From: Azolla caroliniana
Taxonomy: Eukaryota > Plantae > Polypodiophyta
Direction: 5' to 3'
Length of the DNA: 64,000 bases
NCBI GenBank assembly: GCA_043228905.1
Contig: JBHGNT010000004.1
Location: forward strand, 13,206,001-13,270,000
The notes beneath the pieces are model-generated. The model was not told the DNA's origin, did not search any database, and saw nothing but the letters and a program-made list of their open reading frames with translations. Shown here one piece after another: positions 63,401 to 64,000 of this stretch. Numbering within the stretch: position 1 is the first letter of the stretch; every line of letters starts with the position of its first letter. The position numbers were made by a program, and so were the translations under genes.

Positions 63401-64000
63401 AATCACCGAAGACTTCCATAATTATCCTTTGAAATGTTGCAGGAGCTGTCTTTAATCCGAACATCATCACGACCGCGACGAACACTCCCCATTCCGTCAC
63501 GAACGCTGTTTTCTCTTGGTCGGCCGGGTTCATTCGGATTTGGTTGTAGCCGCTGAATCCGTCCAGGAAGCTGTAAACTTCGTGGCCGGCCACCGCATCT
63601 AGCACTCCGTCCGTGAATGGTAGTGGAAAAGCGTCGGTCACTGTCGCGGCATTTAGTTTCCTGTAGTCCACACATACCCGGATTTTGCCGTTCTTTTTCG
63701 GGACCACCACTATCGGGCTTAGCCAGGTTGCCTGCTTGACTGGTCGGATAAATCCGACCCGGAGAAGCTTGTCAATTTCCTCCTTCACCTTTGCCGCATA
63801 GTTTGGATTCATCCGGTACCGACGTTGAGCGATGGGTTTCGCGTCAGTACTTAGATGAATTTGGTGCTGGTAGAGCTGGGGGTCCAACCCTCGCATGTCT
63901 TCGTATGACCATGCGAACACGTCCTTGAAATCCGTTAACAGTGCTACCATTGCCTGTTTTTCCTCCTTCGGCAATTCCTTCGCGACTTTTACCGGTCGGG
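60467..64000 (-). mobile_element. Non-chromovirus Ty3/gypsy element L (same family as B); RT-RH-IN nearly intact, runs off the window
   Basis: ORFs 62100-63974 (RT FLDD, RNase H, HHCC) and 61096-62172 (integrase core, WTGPF) are separated by one apparent 1-bp frameshift near 62130. Confidence 0.93.
60651..60752 (-). repeat. 48-bp tandem duplication, each unit with a CACGTG G-box
   Basis: CTGCCATAATTAGCATGTCAC at 60651 and 60699; CACGTG at 60691 and 60740. Confidence 0.9.

Overview
Eukaryotic plant nuclear DNA, most likely a fern or other non-seed vascular plant (inferred from the style of the PPR protein and the retroelement lineages; no database search was run). About 90% of the window is a deeply nested graveyard of LTR retrotransposons. 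It holds at least seven copies or fragments of one Ty1/copia family (about 430-480 bp LTRs, tRNA-iMet PBS, unusual charged extension after RNase H), two older copia gag remnants, two chromovirus-type Ty3/gypsy elements, two non-chromovirus gypsy elements, a fungal-type gypsy, and non-coding non-autonomous LTR elements. The only host gene is an intronless PLS-class PPR gene (34622-37126) with a truncated E domain and no DYW domain. The most notable observations are four. (1) A 14.2-kb compound of two different LTR elements joined tail-to-tail sits inside a single ATAAG target duplication, and the junction keeps the extra LTR-to-PBS bases expected of unprocessed cDNA ends. (2) A family of 0.7-0.95 kb TGTCG...CGACA elements has 4-bp CCGG-type target duplications and an antisense tRNA-like A-box/B-box cassette. 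(3) The copia family has a conserved post-RNase H extension with a KKAKTRTWSDVVKGL motif. (4) One gypsy RT resembles fungal elements. All coordinates and identities were read by eye and may be off by a few bases.
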